From: Mobula birostris
Lineage: Eukaryota
Length of the DNA stretch: 64,000 nt
Reading direction: 5' to 3'
Assembly (NCBI RefSeq): GCF_030028105.1
Contig: NC_092383.1
Span: 71,533,313 to 71,597,312, forward strand
A program made the translations under genes and the position numbers. Below are positions 62,901 to 64,000 of this stretch, one piece after another. The notes below the pieces were generated by a model. The model saw only the letters and a list, made by a program, of their open reading frames with translations, was not told the DNA's origin and ran no database searches. The stretch's first letter is position 1; every line of letters starts with the position of its first letter.

Positions 62901-64000
62901 CTGTTGATGAATGCTCCCTTGTCAAGATGGTACTAGTAGAGTGGAGCCAACCTGGTAATCATTTAAGCTAAGTAAATACTTAACTTTATCCTTTCTCTTT
63001 TGATGTGGTTATCAAACAATGCATACTTTGGGCAATACAAGTAAAAAAGGCTGAAGACATTCAGGCAACAGTTGTGGAATGAGAAACAGAGTTAATATTT
63101 CAGGTGAATGTCACTTTCTCAGAACTCAGAAAGTGGGAATGTAATTTAGTTATACGTTGGTACTTTATCACGAAGTCATACGGCACAGGTCATCTCAAAG
63201 GATTGTCATCTTGTCATGGAGGAGAGGGTTGTGAATTCATGAGATGCTGTCTGGAGTTTCGACATCTGGTGCTTAGCTCTTGTAGGGTCACAAATGGCAG
63301 TAAGGTCATGGGGAAGATTCCAGACAAAGAGATCTAACCAAGACCATAGTGGTAAAGTTGGCGGAAGGGGAAGGCACGTCGTAACAGCAGTGTAGACGAA
63401 GGAAGGCTGCATGAGCGGAGGGTCCCCAGTCGTCTTGTACTCCATTCCACTGGATCCTGAGCCCTATCTGTCAAAGAACATGCGGTGACTTCTCCTGTAC
63501 ATGAACTCCCCCATGTCACAGGCATTCTCTGTCAAGCAATCCACCCTAATATTCTGGTTATGTGGGTCCTGGGTTGGCCTCTACAGCCACCTGAAAACCC
63601 ACTGATAGATAACCCCGCTGGAGAACAGTCCTACAGCACAGAAACACACTATTCAGCCCACTTTATCTGTGCTGACCATCAAGATCTTACACTAATCCTA
63701 CTTTCCAGCATTCAGCCCATAGTCTTCTATGCCTGAGTGTCTCAAATGCTTATCTAATGCTTCTTATATATGGAAGTAATGGAGGATACCTACTTCCATC
63801 ACCTCTACAGTTAGTGCATTCCAGGTTTCACCTATAATCTGGGTGGAAAAAAATCTTCCTCAAAGCCCTTTAAATCACCTACTTCTTAACTAGAAACTAC
63901 GTTCTCTGCTAAGGAGAAATGTTTCACTCTATCGACTCTACTATTGCCTCCAGTAATTTTTATACCTACTCCAAAGGAAATACTGTAAATCTAACCTTTT

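Noticed and set aside
1-64000. Prokaryotic features (CRISPR arrays, operons, rRNA/tRNA genes)
   Set aside because: The sequence is eukaryotic intronic DNA. The tRNA-like boxes belong to SINEs, and the short tandem arrays lack unique spacers.

Overview
Vertebrate genomic DNA, AT-rich and dense in transposable elements. The repeat landscape (CR1, Penelope with hammerhead-bearing pseudo-LTRs, Rex/Babar, V-SINE/HE1-like) suggests a cartilaginous fish such as a ray or shark; this is inference. The window lies inside a + strand copine gene (CPNE5-like; CPNE8 not excluded). Three C2B-domain exons are visible (15417-15520, 16527-16631, 50097-50138), with a ~33.5 kb intron between the last two. The introns hold several nested mobile elements. 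These include a two-LTR Gmr1-like (PR-IN-RT-RH order, SCAN-like Gag) retrotransposon with a deleted but still open pol, and a 5'-inverted (twin-primed) L1 with TSD whose YADD motif is hit in-frame by a Penelope insertion. There is also a near-full-length IR/DR-type Tc1, a decayed class I endogenous retrovirus with env interrupted by a Hero/R2-superfamily LINE, hAT/Charlie, Tigger and Tc1 MITEs, and many Penelope-derived minimal hammerhead ribozyme motifs. All calls were made by eye from the sequence and ORF track; no database searches were run.
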